A model generated the notes under the pieces. The model was not told the origin of the DNA. It was given only the letters and a program-made list of their open reading frames with translations, and searched no databases. The position numbers and the translations under genes are program-made. A DNA stretch of 64,000 nucleotides from an uncultured archaeon (GTDB lineage Archaea; Thermoproteota; Bathyarchaeia; Bathyarchaeales; Bathycorpusculaceae): contig CAWENF010000027.1 in the NCBI GenBank assembly GCA_963810275.1, positions 1 to 64,000 of the forward strand, written 5' to 3'. This document shows positions 44,356 to 54,768 of the stretch, piece by piece. Numbering within the stretch: the stretch's first letter is position 1; the number at the start of each line of letters is the position of its first letter.

Positions 44356-45426
44356 TTAGACGTGGATGTACATGTTGTTGCTGCTGTACTTACCCGTGTC
44401 CATCTCCGTCTCAATGTCACGCAACAGCATTATGCGCTTAAAAGTCGGTGGGTGTGTGGCAAAAAGGTGGTTCATCTGCGCCCACGTAGATTTCGCCTCC
44501 CGTTCCATCGCCAAATGCAACTCTCGCTCATCCAACACACCGTCATGGTCCAGATCATACTTGTTCTTGTTTTGCATGATTTGCTCAACCTCGCTTTTGG
44601 CTTGGCTTGGGTCCTCAATGTAGAAACTGCGTGCGCTCATGTTAGCTTTTGGCGCCATTGATAACCCGTAAGTGATTTTCGCAAGGGCACTCTGCAAGCC
44701 CCGCGGGTTTCCTGTAAGGTACGCACTAAATGCGTCGGCGAAGTGCTCCCGCAACCGGCTTAGCCGCATTACGGCTATGAAACTGGCGATGTAGACGATA
44801 AACGAGATTACTCCGATGGCTACAAGGATTATGCCTGCGTTTCCCTCGTTTCTGCCTCCTCGTCTTGAGGTACCTCCGCTAAACCAGCCAGCGGTAAGCG
44901 CAATCTGGGAAACCCAGTATGCAATCAGCGGCAGGGCGGAGAGAACAGTCATGACAATGTAGTCTTTGTGTTTTATGTGTCCCAATTCGTGGGCGATAAC
45001 TGCTTTGATTTCGTCTTGGTTTAGTTGACGAAGTAATCCTTCGTGGACGGCTAAGACGGCGCTGTTGCTGGTTCTACCAAACGTGAAAGCGTTGGGGCTT
45101 CGGTCGGGGACGATTGCGAGGCGTGGCATTGGTAGTCCTGCTTTCTGCACCATTTCTTTTACTGTGTTTTCCAGCCACAGGTTCTCTCCGGGTTTTAGAT
45201 ACTGCAGATGAGTGCTTGTGGCAACTATAGTGGGACCGACGGCATACTCGAAGAGAATGAAAAGTAAGGTGCCGCCCAACGCCAGAAACAGCATGGTGAT
45301 GAGGTCAAAGCCGATTACGTAATACTGAAGTAGGAAGATGACGACCAAGAGGAATATTCCGAAGATGAATCCTGCTAAGAAGATGCTTGTTCCCATAGCT
45401 AACTTTAGGTCGCTGAGCTTAGCCAA
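44356..45426 (-). CDS. htpX: M48 zinc metalloprotease HtpX
   Basis: PNAF, AHELGH, SRLREHFAD, THPP. Confidence 0.9.
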   Translation of the reverse strand: MAKLSDLKLAMGTSIFLAGFIFGIFLLVVIFLLQYYVIGFDLITMLFLALGGTLLFILFEYAVGPTIVATSTHLQYLKPGENLWLENTVKEMVQKAGLPMPRLAIVPDRSPNAFTFGRTSNSAVLAVHEGLLRQLNQDEIKAVIAHELGHIKHKDYIVMTVLSALPLIAYWVSQIALTAGWFSGGTSRRGGRNEGNAGIILVAIGVISFIVYIASFIAVMRLSRLREHFADAFSAYLTGNPRGLQSALAKITYGLSMAPKANMSARSFYIEDPSQAKSEVEQIMQNKNKYDLDHDGVLDERELHLAMEREAKSTWAQMNHLFATHPPTFKRIMLLRDIETEMDTGKYSSNNMYIHV

Positions 45427-45672
45427 CAGTGTACACCCTTGTGTTTGGTGAATGGTGTCTGGTTAGAGAATTAAGTCTTTTCCCAAAAAATTTTGCAGTT
45501 ACTATAAGTTGATTATTATGAAAAAAATCCATCATTGACTTAACTCATCCCATAGACACCTGCCCTTAATACTTTAATGAGGGGAGGAGAGCAAAAAAGC
45601 AAATCAGAAACCATAGCCTGGCAGAAAAGTTCATAACCAAACCAGTGCAAAACCATTACGGAGAAACCTTTA

Positions 45673-46434
45673 ATGCCTCTAGTGTTTATAATCGGAACAG
45701 CCGGAAGCGGCAAATCCCTTTTTACCGCAGCTTTTGCGGAATGGCTCAAGATGAGCAAACAAGATGTCGCAGTCGTCAATCTAGACCCAGGCACGCTTAA
45801 ACTGCCTTACCAGCCTGATGTTGACGTACGCAACTACGTGAACGTAGGTGATCTGATGGAGAAATACAGTCTTGGCCCCAACGGTGCCCTGATTATGGCT
45901 GCAGATTTAATCGCGGACGAAATCGAAAACCTCACCCGCGACATAGAGGAAGCCCACGCCGACATTGTGTTAGTGGATACGCCTGGGCAGATGGAGCTCT
46001 TCGCTTTCCGCGCATCTGGCCCCTACATCGTCAACGAGTTAACCCGTGAACCTAAAGCGCTTGTGTACCTTTTCGACGCTGTTTTCTCCACCAATCCCCT
46101 AAACTATGTTTCCAACATGTTTCTCTCAGCCGCTGTTTACAACCGTTTCTTCCAGCCGCAACTACACGTGTTGTCCAAGACTGATTTGATCCCCAAAAAA
46201 GACGCCCAAGCTATTGCGTCGTGGTCAGCTAACCCCATGGCTCTTGAAGACGCAATAGAAGAAAAACTCGAAGGCACTAAACGCCTCTTCAGCCGCAACA
46301 TGATGCAAGCAATCAACAAACTCGGCTTAAAATTCCTCCTGATGCCTATTTCATCCAAAACAAACGAGGGCATGGTTAACATCAACACTTTGCTGGAAAG
46401 AATCTTAAACGAAGGAGAAAAATACACCTCTTAA
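45673..46434 (+). CDS. GPN-loop GTPase
   Basis: GTAGSGKS, VNLDPG, LGPNG, DTPGQME. Confidence 0.93.
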   Translation: MPLVFIIGTAGSGKSLFTAAFAEWLKMSKQDVAVVNLDPGTLKLPYQPDVDVRNYVNVGDLMEKYSLGPNGALIMAADLIADEIENLTRDIEEAHADIVLVDTPGQMELFAFRASGPYIVNELTREPKALVYLFDAVFSTNPLNYVSNMFLSAAVYNRFFQPQLHVLSKTDLIPKKDAQAIASWSANPMALEDAIEEKLEGTKRLFSRNMMQAINKLGLKFLLMPISSKTNEGMVNINTLLERILNEGEKYTS

Positions 46435-47057
46435 GCGCTGACCAGTGACCAGCTAGCGGCAAACGCACCGCGCTTTGCCCTCAGAGCCGACTCTGCACTC
46501 GCAACAACAACCGCATCGTTCTCCTCTGGTTTTAGTTGCTCAAGAATCTGCTTTGCCGCTTCAGGGTACTGCTGCTCAATGTTGTCGCTTACGGATTTGA
46601 TGCTTAAGTGCCCGGTTCTGTAGACCATAACAAACGCTTTTTTTGCGCCTGCAATGATGGCTGCGTCGCGTTGATCTATACCACTTTTCACTTTATCGCT
46701 GCTATTATGCACCAAGACTGCATAATTGTAGGGGTACTCGCTTAACTCGGATTTGGATAATGCTCCTTGGCGAGGGAAAACCTGCTCGAATTGGCTCCAA
46801 ACTTCCCTGCCTCGCTCAGTTAAAGCGCAGCCTGCCTTGGAGGTCTCGATTAACCCCGCTTCCCGCAGACGGCTAATTATGGTGCGCACTGCGCCATCGC
46901 CCACTTTGAGCTTCTCGGCAAGCTTATTTCTGCCCAACGGCTTCTGAGCAAGCAATTCCAGCGCGTAGAACACATGAAAAATCGTGAACGACGTGGAAGG
47001 TCCAGGGGCTTTTTTGCCGCTTATCTGCTGCATGAACCGTTTAAGTGAGACTGCCAT
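46431..47057 (-). CDS. Winged-helix protein (DUF4443-like)
   Basis: LGRNKLAEKLKVGDGAVRTII, GIDQRDAAIIAGA. Confidence 0.7.
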   Translation of the reverse strand: MAVSLKRFMQQISGKKAPGPSTSFTIFHVFYALELLAQKPLGRNKLAEKLKVGDGAVRTIISRLREAGLIETSKAGCALTERGREVWSQFEQVFPRQGALSKSELSEYPYNYAVLVHNSSDKVKSGIDQRDAAIIAGAKKAFVMVYRTGHLSIKSVSDNIEQQYPEAAKQILEQLKPEENDAVVVASAESALRAKRGAFAASWSLVSA

Positions 47058-47110
47058 GTTTGCGCCTATAATTACTTAGCGTCAACTAAGCTTTTATAAC
47101 TTATTAAATC

Positions 47111-47498
47111 ACTGAGGTTCTTTGTAGGCTATTGTGGCGATTTCCACTTGTTTTTCGGCTTTAAGGGTGCAGGCGACGGTTGCGCGAGCAAGAGCTTCCA
47201 AGGTGAAGTACTTAGAATATTAGCGGTTGAACTCTTCAAACAGCGCTCATAGACGACAGAGATACGGTTGACTGCACCACATCGTTTAGGTTGTAGTCGG
47301 CTGTTGGCAGTATAGCCTTGATATTCTCCATGACTTGCCGAGTCTCCCCTGATGTCAGCTTCTACTAATTTGCTGTCTCTATGTTTATGGGAAGTTCTAT
47401 TGAAACAACCTGGAACCAGCCAGCCTTTACCGCTTGGTTGTAGGGACCTATGGGTTTAGGAGCTTTAGGTGTTGAAAAATAGTTTTTTATGTTTTCAC
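47111..47498 (-). pseudogene. RidA/YjgF family pseudogene
   Basis: APKPIGPYNQAVKAG, TRQVMENIKAIL, FEEFNR*Y, ARATV, VEIATIA recovered across frames with stops. Confidence 0.75.
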
Positions 47499-47653
47499 TT
47501 TTGAGGATAACATTTTGGTTAAACCAGTTATCCAATTAAGTGTGCAGCAACACAGTGGTATTCGGATTGGAATATTTTATTCAGAAAGCCATATAAGAAA
47601 AATGAAGAGTAACCTAAGCTACCGAATCTACCGAACGCAAAGAAGGAAACTCG

Positions 47654-48826
47654 ATGAAAAAAAACGGAAAATATCTGTTCACATCCGAATCAGTCGGTGA
47701 AGGTCATCCAGACAAAGTTTCAGACCAAATCTCCGACAGCGTCCTAGACGCAATTTTCACCCAAGACTCCAAAGCCCGCGTTGACTGTGAAACCCTCGTC
47801 ATGCAGGGGACCGTCATAATAACAGGGCAAATCACCACATGCGTGCAGGTAAACATCCCAAAAATTGTCCGCAATACCCTCAAAGAAATCGGCTTTGACA
47901 ACGCCAAAGACGGTTTAGATTGGGAAACCTGTGGCATTTTAGTCTCCTTAACTGAGCAGTCTCCAGACATCGCCATGGGAGTCGATGAAACCAACGGCAA
48001 AGAACAAGGCGCAGGTGACCAAGGCATGGTTTTCGGTTATGCAAGCAACGAAACCAAAGAACTCATGCCTCTACCTATACTTCTTGCTCACCGCCTAGTA
48101 AAACGTCTAGCAGATGTCCGCCACGACGGCACCATGCCCTACTTACGTCCAGACTGCAAATCCCAAGTTACCGTGGAATACGAGAACGGCAAGCCTAAAT
48201 GCGTAAAAACAGTCGTCATAGCAGCGCAGAACAACGGTTCAATCGAAGACTCAGTTCTAAAACAGCAAATCGTTGAGAAAGTCATAAAACACGTAATTCC
48301 CGCAAACCTGCTCGCGCCAGACGTGAATTACGTCATCAACGGTACAGGCAGATTTGTCATCGGAGGTACTCTCGCCGATTCAGGTTTAACAGGCAGAAAA
48401 ATAATTGTAGATACCTACGGGGGAGTAGGCAGTCACGGCGGCGGATGCTTCAGCGGCAAAGACCCATCCAAAGTGGACCGCAGCGGATGTTATATGGCTC
48501 GCTATATCGCCAAAAACATCGTAGCCGCTGGCCTTGCTGACCAATGTGAAGTGCAAATTAGCTATGCCATCGGTGTCGCCCAACCAATCAGCGTACTAGT
48601 GAACACTTTTGAGACCGGAAAAATATCCGACGAGAAGATCCTTGAAATCGTCAAAGCAAACTTCAACATGACTCCACGCGGCATCATAACCACGCTCAAA
48701 CTGCTAAGACCGATCTACCGGAAAAGTGCATGCTTTGGCCATTTTGGCCGCGACGACGTAGCGTTCCCATGGGAATGCTGCGATAAAGCTGAAATTCTCA
48801 AGATAGCCCTTGAGAATAAAGCCTAA
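47654..48826 (+). CDS. metK: Bacterial-type S-adenosylmethionine synthetase
   Basis: [41 protein letters not shown]. Confidence 0.96.
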   Translation: MKKNGKYLFTSESVGEGHPDKVSDQISDSVLDAIFTQDSKARVDCETLVMQGTVIITGQITTCVQVNIPKIVRNTLKEIGFDNAKDGLDWETCGILVSLTEQSPDIAMGVDETNGKEQGAGDQGMVFGYASNETKELMPLPILLAHRLVKRLADVRHDGTMPYLRPDCKSQVTVEYENGKPKCVKTVVIAAQNNGSIEDSVLKQQIVEKVIKHVIPANLLAPDVNYVINGTGRFVIGGTLADSGLTGRKIIVDTYGGVGSHGGGCFSGKDPSKVDRSGCYMARYIAKNIVAAGLADQCEVQISYAIGVAQPISVLVNTFETGKISDEKILEIVKANFNMTPRGIITTLKLLRPIYRKSACFGHFGRDDVAFPWECCDKAEILKIALENKA

Positions 48827-49582
48827 TTTTTTCTTTTGTTGTTAAAGAAAAAGTGCTTGTGGACTTGTTTTAGATTCTGCAGAGATAGTTTCGAATTATT
48901 TCTGAGCCTGTTTCAGTCAAAAATAGCCTTCGGTTTCGATGCTCGTTTGCTGAGAGGGCTGAAGCGACTCCTAAGCGACGGAAATCCACAAGTATGCTTC
49001 CTAATGTGCTTCCGGTAAAATCATAACTGTTTAGGACTACGATTTTTTTGTTGGCGAGGCCGAATTTGAGGTTGATCTAAGCCAACTTGCGTTGTGTAGG
49101 TTACATAGCGTACGGCTTGGCGCTGTGCCGAATGTGAAGGTAGTGTGTCTGTGTAGTCTTGAAATTCGGGGTTTTTTTTGGAAAAGAATACATGAGTTGC
49201 TCAATTGAGACTCTGGTGTCATGAAGGATTTTGATAGAGCCTTCAAATTCGTGTCTAGACTTGCGTCATAAGGATTCGTTGGTGCTTCTTTTCTTAATTA
49301 TTACGGCATATCTTTTAGGGGTCTTTGGTATGGGCTGCTCTTTACGTAGTCGAGGACAGTTGCGTAATGAGTCCTTGTTTACATCCCCAAAATACTCAAT
49401 TTCTTTATCGCCCTATTTGATTCGGAATTTAAGCTTGAGCCCTTATCGCTTGACATGTAGATCAGTAATAAATGAATTGTTTGCGAATGAAATTTTAGCA
49501 AAAAAATTACTTTAGGCACAAAAAATTTAATCCGACAATCAAGAAAATAAAAAATGAAAAAACTGAAAAGAAAAAAATGGAT

Positions 49583-50485
49583 TTAGAAATAAAGTTTTTC
49601 CCAGCGGGCAAACAGGTCAAGGACTTCGTCGCCGCCGTGGTCTTTTAGGAATTCACGGGTTTCTTTGTCCTGAGCTGCTTCCTTCTGGAATTTCTGTATA
49701 TACTCTGCCTTCTCAGCAAGGAAGATTATGCCGTCAATGCCTTGGCGTGCAACGCGGGTTGCAACAGTCATAATCTGTTTGGTTGGTGCGACAGTGTCCC
49801 ATGTTTCGTTGGGGCCGCGGACGTAGAAGTTTACGAATGTTGGCTTTTTAAGTTGGCTCTTGAAGCCACGTGCGATGGTTTCCCAGTACCATGGGGTTGG
49901 GTAGTTCTTGCTGAACATTGGGATAACAAAGTAGTCTGCGTACTGTGCGAGTGCTTCAAAATCGTAGCCGAAGCGGACTTTGCCCAACAGTGGGTCTGGC
50001 AGTAAGTTGACGAAGAGTGGTTTTTCCTGAACAATTTCTTTAACTTCTGCAAGGAAGTCGGTAACTGTTTTTGCTCTCCATTCCACCCAGTTTAAGCCGC
50101 TTTTGCGTTGTTGCTCAATACAGCGTGGACAAGTGCAGAAGCCTTGATCAGCGAAATGCTGACTGCTGATGCTGATGCCTGGACTTTTTTTGGCGCTGTC
50201 CGCAATGATTTTAAGGTTGTATTCGCGGGCTTCGGGGTTAGTCATGCAGACGACGTCCCAGCGCAGGTTATAACGTTTGTTAGTGCGAAGAGCTGGACCA
50301 AAGCTGCTTTGGGAGACCCAATCGGGGCGTTGTGCAGCCATGTTGTTGTCGCCGAAGACTGCGATGTTAGTGTACATCTTTGGGTTTACAACACCGACAA
50401 TGCCTGATTCGGATTTTTGCCGGTAAAAGTTCATGTCGACGCCTTCAACAGGCTCGGGTTGGTAAAGGAACGTGCCGAATTTCAA
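49583..50485 (-). CDS. Uncharacterised glycoside-hydrolase-like TIM-barrel protein with C...CxCxxC motif
   Basis: VCMTNP...FADQGFCTCPRC; paralog of 53106-53990; TTG start after GGTGA. Confidence 0.65.
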   Translation of the reverse strand: MKFGTFLYQPEPVEGVDMNFYRQKSESGIVGVVNPKMYTNIAVFGDNNMAAQRPDWVSQSSFGPALRTNKRYNLRWDVVCMTNPEAREYNLKIIADSAKKSPGISISSQHFADQGFCTCPRCIEQQRKSGLNWVEWRAKTVTDFLAEVKEIVQEKPLFVNLLPDPLLGKVRFGYDFEALAQYADYFVIPMFSKNYPTPWYWETIARGFKSQLKKPTFVNFYVRGPNETWDTVAPTKQIMTVATRVARQGIDGIIFLAEKAEYIQKFQKEAAQDKETREFLKDHGGDEVLDLFARWEKLYF

Positions 50486-50778
50486 GTTATATTCACCATG
50501 ATTTTGTTCTATTTTTATATGGAATTGGGTTTGGGGGTTATAAGCTTTTGCAGTTGATCGCACCTTGTATTGTTATTTTTGTTTTTCACAGAGGTTGTTT
50601 TAGAATTTGACCCAGTTTAGCGCTTGTCGGTAAGATTTTGGTCTTTACTTGGATACGAGTGTTAATTCGTTTAGTAAAACCAAAACAGCGAAAAATCATC
50701 TGTGAACTGGTACTTTATTCCGCGTCTTTATATACCCAGAAACCGCTTGATTTGTCTCACTAAGATACCTTTTTACTT

Positions 50779-50913
50779 CTAAATCTTGTAGGTGAGCAAA
50801 TGTGTTTTATGCGCATCCATTCTGTGTTTTCTCAGTTGATCTGGGTTTTTGAAGCGTGCCGCGCATATTCTGCATTTGAAGTTTTCCTTAGGATTCGAGT
50901 TGTAATTTAACAT
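50779..50913 (-). CDS. Small C2H2 zinc-finger protein
   Basis: FKCRICAARFKNPDQLRKHRMDAH. Confidence 0.65.
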   Translation of the reverse strand: MLNYNSNPKENFKCRICAARFKNPDQLRKHRMDAHKTHLLTYKI

Positions 50914-51126
50914 ACAGGTATTTCCGTTCAATAGTTGAATCTTGCAAAAAATTTTACAAGTTAATAGCAAATATCCTTGTCAACTTATAAAGGTGAGAGC
51001 TTCTTTTAGCAAAAAGCATGAAGTGGATCTCCAAAAACGGAAAACGAGTTGTTGCAGAGGTTGCATTTATAAAACCAGTTTTTGTTGCATAGCGTTTGAT
51101 TACTATCTAAAAAAGTGACCGTAGTC

Positions 51127-51360
51127 TCAGGTTATACCGTTGGGGTTTTTTGTCATGAGTTTAATCGCGTATGCTTCCGCTTTAGTTTCAGTTGAAAATT
51201 CTGGCGAAATCACTCTGCCATCTTTATTTTCAGTTCGCTTTGCGACAAAAACCAGAACACAATAGTTAGTGCTGAATTGTTTCTTTGTAACAATCAGAGT
51301 TTGCCCTGTGCATTCGTTAAGGAAGCCGCCATCATGTTTTAGTGTTTTCCAGCCTTTAAT
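51127..51360 (-). CDS. Small hypothetical protein missing from the ORF track (no ATG/GTG/TTG start)
   Basis: Open frame IKGWKTLKHDGGFLNECTGQTLIVTKKQF...SPEFSTETKAEAYAIKLMTKNPNGIT*. Confidence 0.4.
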   Translation of the reverse strand: MKGWKTLKHDGGFLNECTGQTLIVTKKQFSTNYCVLVFVAKRTENKDGRVISPEFSTETKAEAYAIKLMTKNPNGIT

Positions 51361-51391
51361 TACGTTGACTGTACAAACCGCCTGTATACCG

Positions 51392-51420
51392 ATTGGATGA
51401 TGGGCAAAACCCCATCCAAT
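51392..51420 (-). terminator. Hairpin directly downstream of rpl35Ae
   Basis: ATTGGATG-ATGGG-CAAAA-CCC-CATCCAAT inverted repeat. Confidence 0.4.
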
Positions 51421-51427
51421 ATGTTAC

Positions 51428-51697
51428 TTAGTTTACTATTTGGACAACTGTGCCGATTGCTTCACCGGGAACCCCGCGGCGAAACCTCACTTTAACAATG
51501 CCGTTTCTGCCATGGAGCGCTTTGACTTGGCCAAGACGCACCTTTTCCCCTGCTTTCCATGCTACCTTTTGGCCCACTAATTTGCCTGCTACAGCAGCGG
51601 AGTTTATGCCCTTAAATTCTACGAGACATTCTCTTGGAGTTTGAGATTTATTTCCTACTCTATAGTTAGTAATTCTGCCATAAATAATCTGAGACAA
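51428..51697 (-). CDS. rpl35ae: 50S ribosomal protein L35Ae
   Basis: GRITNYRVG, LHGRNGIVKVRFRRGVPGEAIG. Confidence 0.93.
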   Translation of the reverse strand: MSQIIYGRITNYRVGNKSQTPRECLVEFKGINSAAVAGKLVGQKVAWKAGEKVRLGQVKALHGRNGIVKVRFRRGVPGEAIGTVVQIVN

Positions 51698-51818
51698 AAA
51701 TATTCACCGTTTAAGTACTCCAGTAAATGTTCCTCGAGCTTTTAAAGATACGCTATTTTTTTCAGCCTTTTAAAACTAAAAATACCGTTTAGTTTTTACG
51801 AAAAAAGCTCATCCGTGT

Positions 51819-52850
51819 TTAGGCTGCTTTTACAACTTTAATTAAAGCGTTTTTTACGAATGGCGGCAACTCAACTGACTCAACCGAGTTTGTGACCTCT
51901 GTGATTTGACTCCAATTCTTGAAATCAGCCGGCAGCAGGTTCTTTTTGTAGTCGTCATCCATCTTTGCAGCCGCCAGCAGCGCCGCCGACGCAGCGGGGT
52001 TTTCGTTAAGAATCTTTGTTAATTCTTCGACGGTGACTGTTAAGCCCTTAATTTTGGAGACTTCCAACGCCAATTTCTCCACGGGCAGGTGGCGCTCCTT
52101 AAGCCTGTCAAACACGCTACGCTTAGCCCAAACGGGTTCTTGACGCAAAAGAGCCTCCGTAACCGCCTGCCTTGCACATCGCCCCACAACTTGTCCGAGA
52201 ACAGACGCGGGTCCGCCCAAGACGATTGGGGTGCCTTTGCCGGTTGTTGCAACCGTGACGCTGTCGGTGATTGAGCCTGTGGCTAAGTCGCCGGTATAGC
52301 GGCTTCGCACATCAAAATCATGCAACGCCGCTGATTTAGCTTCCGTTGCAGTGATGAGGGCTGCTACCATGCAGCTCTCTAACGGTGAAGCGTCGATGTA
52401 AACAATTATGTTAATGGTTCCAACGATTTCCTCAACCGTGATTTCCTCACCGCTGGATTCGCCATGTGAACACCCTGCAGTTGCTGCGACGGCTACGGTG
52501 AACTCGTCGGTTGTTTGGGTTACTAAACTGAAATTGTGCACGTTGGCTGCGGTGACCATAGCAAGGTAGTCATCGGAAACGTCGATTTTTGCGGCCGACA
52601 TTTTGATGAGCTGCAGTGGGTCCATGTGCAATGCCACGTCGCTGTAGCCTGGCGGTACGCCAATATTGAGCGTGTGCTTAACTTTTTTTGCGCCGCCGTT
52701 ATAGACTGCTGAACTGATTATTTTGAATTGGTCTGGAGAGGTGAATGCTAAAACGTTGTCCTTAATGGTGAATTTCACATTGCCTGATAGGTCACGTTGC
52801 TGGTCCACTTTGCCAACCCCATATTGGCTACTTCTTGGGGGTTGCCGCAT
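51819..52850 (-). CDS. cbiZ: Adenosylcobinamide amidohydrolase
   Basis: SSAVYNGG, MVTAA, GTINI, TATEAK, ATGSITD. Confidence 0.85.
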   Translation of the reverse strand: MRQPPRSSQYGVGKVDQQRDLSGNVKFTIKDNVLAFTSPDQFKIISSAVYNGGAKKVKHTLNIGVPPGYSDVALHMDPLQLIKMSAAKIDVSDDYLAMVTAANVHNFSLVTQTTDEFTVAVAATAGCSHGESSGEEITVEEIVGTINIIVYIDASPLESCMVAALITATEAKSAALHDFDVRSRYTGDLATGSITDSVTVATTGKGTPIVLGGPASVLGQVVGRCARQAVTEALLRQEPVWAKRSVFDRLKERHLPVEKLALEVSKIKGLTVTVEELTKILNENPAASAALLAAAKMDDDYKKNLLPADFKNWSQITEVTNSVESVELPPFVKNALIKVVKAA

Positions 52851-53046
52851 TTAAAGTGATGGCTTTGTTAGGGCACAGGTTCACGCAGATGCCGCACCGG
52901 GTGCACTGTACCACCTCGATGATTTGGGGTTTGCGGTTTTTGCCTTCTTCAATTGCACCCACTGGACAAACACCGATGCAAATTTGTCCTATACAAGGCG
53001 GGCACTTGCTTAAGTCGACGTTTATGGGTGCCTTCTGTTTGTCCAT
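52828..53046 (-). CDS. 2x[4Fe-4S] ferredoxin
   Basis: CPPCIGQICIGVCP and CTRCGICVNLCP. Confidence 0.88.
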   Translation of the reverse strand: MDKQKAPINVDLSKCPPCIGQICIGVCPVGAIEEGKNRKPQIIEVVQCTRCGICVNLCPNKAITLNAATPKK

Positions 53047-53105
53047 GGGAAATCAACAACTAAATAAGCGCCAATAATATATCTTTTGCGAGCAAGAGTT
53101 TAGGC

Positions 53106-53990
53106 ATGAAAATCGGTTTAGTAACGTACAAGCCAGAACATGTAGAAGGCTATGATGTACACGTTTACTACTGTAAATGGGCTGATGGGCAGGCTAACCC
53201 AGCAGCAGAGCACATGCAAAACGACGTTACTGTTTTCTGTGACGCAAAAGCCATCCGGGACGATCCTTCAATCGTGCAGACCTCTCAGTATGGTCCGGCG
53301 CTACGGCGTAACAGAAGAAACAACTTGCCGTTTGACTATGTGTGCCCCACACACCCTGGCTACCGCAAAAAAATTTACGCCTACCTCGACAGCCTGTCCA
53401 AACAGGACATCGAGGGAATCACGCTCAACCTTTACCACTTTGCCGATCAAGACTTCTGCACCTGCCCACGCTGCACTGAACTGCGGGAAAAAAGTGGTTT
53501 AGGCTGGATGGAGTGGCGTGCCAAAGTAGTTACTGACTTCTTGGCAGAAGCTAAAACCCACACTAAAGGCACTTTTGCGGTGGAGATGTTTCCTGACCCC
53601 GTGTTGGCTAAGGAACGCTTCGGCATCGACTTCCCCGACATCGCCGAGTTAGTTGATTACTTCCATGTGCCGCTGTCTTCACGGGATTACTTCACTAACT
53701 ACTGGGTAGACCTCATCACAAGGGACTTTGTAGCTACGCTCAAGAAACCCGTGGTGGTGGAGTTAAGCGCCGAGTTGCCAACCGACGAAAAACTTGAAGC
53801 ACTTCTAAAAACTGTCGCCTACATTTCCCGCCATAACTTGATGGCGACGCTACTACTGGTTCACGATTCGGAGAACGCCCATCAGATCGCTCGGTTCGCT
53901 GTTCACAATGAGGGCTTCCGTGAGTGGCTGGACACTTACGAATTTAGTCAAATGCAACGAATTGTGGATACCTGGGCAAAAATCTACTAG
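53106..53990 (+). CDS. Uncharacterised glycoside-hydrolase-like TIM-barrel protein with C...CxCxxC motif
   Basis: VCPTHP...FADQDFCTCPRC; paralog of 49583-50485. Confidence 0.65.
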   Translation: MKIGLVTYKPEHVEGYDVHVYYCKWADGQANPAAEHMQNDVTVFCDAKAIRDDPSIVQTSQYGPALRRNRRNNLPFDYVCPTHPGYRKKIYAYLDSLSKQDIEGITLNLYHFADQDFCTCPRCTELREKSGLGWMEWRAKVVTDFLAEAKTHTKGTFAVEMFPDPVLAKERFGIDFPDIAELVDYFHVPLSSRDYFTNYWVDLITRDFVATLKKPVVVELSAELPTDEKLEALLKTVAYISRHNLMATLLLVHDSENAHQIARFAVHNEGFREWLDTYEFSQMQRIVDTWAKIY

Positions 53991-54015
53991 TGCAGTTCTG
54001 TAAAACCAAAATTTT

Positions 54016-54768
54016 TTAGGCTTTTTTGAGTTTCGCACGGTACTCTCTTAAACGCGCCATATCCAAATCCCCCGTTAAGATGGAATCTTCGGGCGCATCC
54101 GTTACTTCAACTAAAATTCCCCATGGCGCAATAATAGCGCTTCTGCCGCCACGCATGTTTGACGATACGTTGCCGACTTTAAGGACGAACACTCCGTAAT
54201 CACGAGCGATGCCCTCGGTCAGCGGGTGTCCTTTAACGGTGGGATGAGCTCCCATAGCTGCCACTGGAAGCGTGATAATTTCGGCGCCTAACTCTGCTAC
54301 CTTCTTAACTAAGGCAGGGTCAAATGTGTCAGCGCACACAATCATCCCAAGCTTGCCAAAGTCAGAATCAAAAACCATTGGAGTACAGCCTCGGGAAACG
54401 CCAGCGTCCACCTCTGCCTGTATAGGGTTGATTTTCTTGTAGCTCGCCAGCAACTCGCCGTTTCTCCAAAGCGTGCAGGTGTTGTAAAATTTACTGCCGT
54501 CTTCTTGAAGTACGCTACCGCCGAGCAGGTAGATGTCGCCGATTTCTTCCGAGATTTCTTGTAGGAACTCGAGAGTTTGGTTGCAGGTTTCGCGGCTGAT
54601 TTTGGGTGCATCGTTGAAGTGTGCCATGCAGTTTGGGACGGTGAAGTATTCGGGTAGCGCTATTAGGGCTGGTTGGTCTTTTGCGGCTTTACGCACTGCG
54701 GTTTTGGCTGCTTTGAGGTTTTCTTGGAGGGTTTGGCGGATTCCCATGTGGAGTACACTGACTTTCAT
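54016..54768 (-). CDS. Carbon-nitrogen hydrolase (nitrilase superfamily)
   Basis: LPEY, YKKIN, VCAD (Glu-Lys-Cys triad), SAIIAPWG; ATG at 54768. Confidence 0.9.
   Translation of the reverse strand: MKVSVLHMGIRQTLQENLKAAKTAVRKAAKDQPALIALPEYFTVPNCMAHFNDAPKISRETCNQTLEFLQEISEEIGDIYLLGGSVLQEDGSKFYNTCTLWRNGELLASYKKINPIQAEVDAGVSRGCTPMVFDSDFGKLGMIVCADTFDPALVKKVAELGAEIITLPVAAMGAHPTVKGHPLTEGIARDYGVFVLKVGNVSSNMRGGRSAIIAPWGILVEVTDAPEDSILTGDLDMARLREYRAKLKKA

Noticed and set aside
47500-47653. SAM riboswitch upstream of metK
   Set aside because: No SAM-I/II core consensus recognisable; only a short inverted repeat
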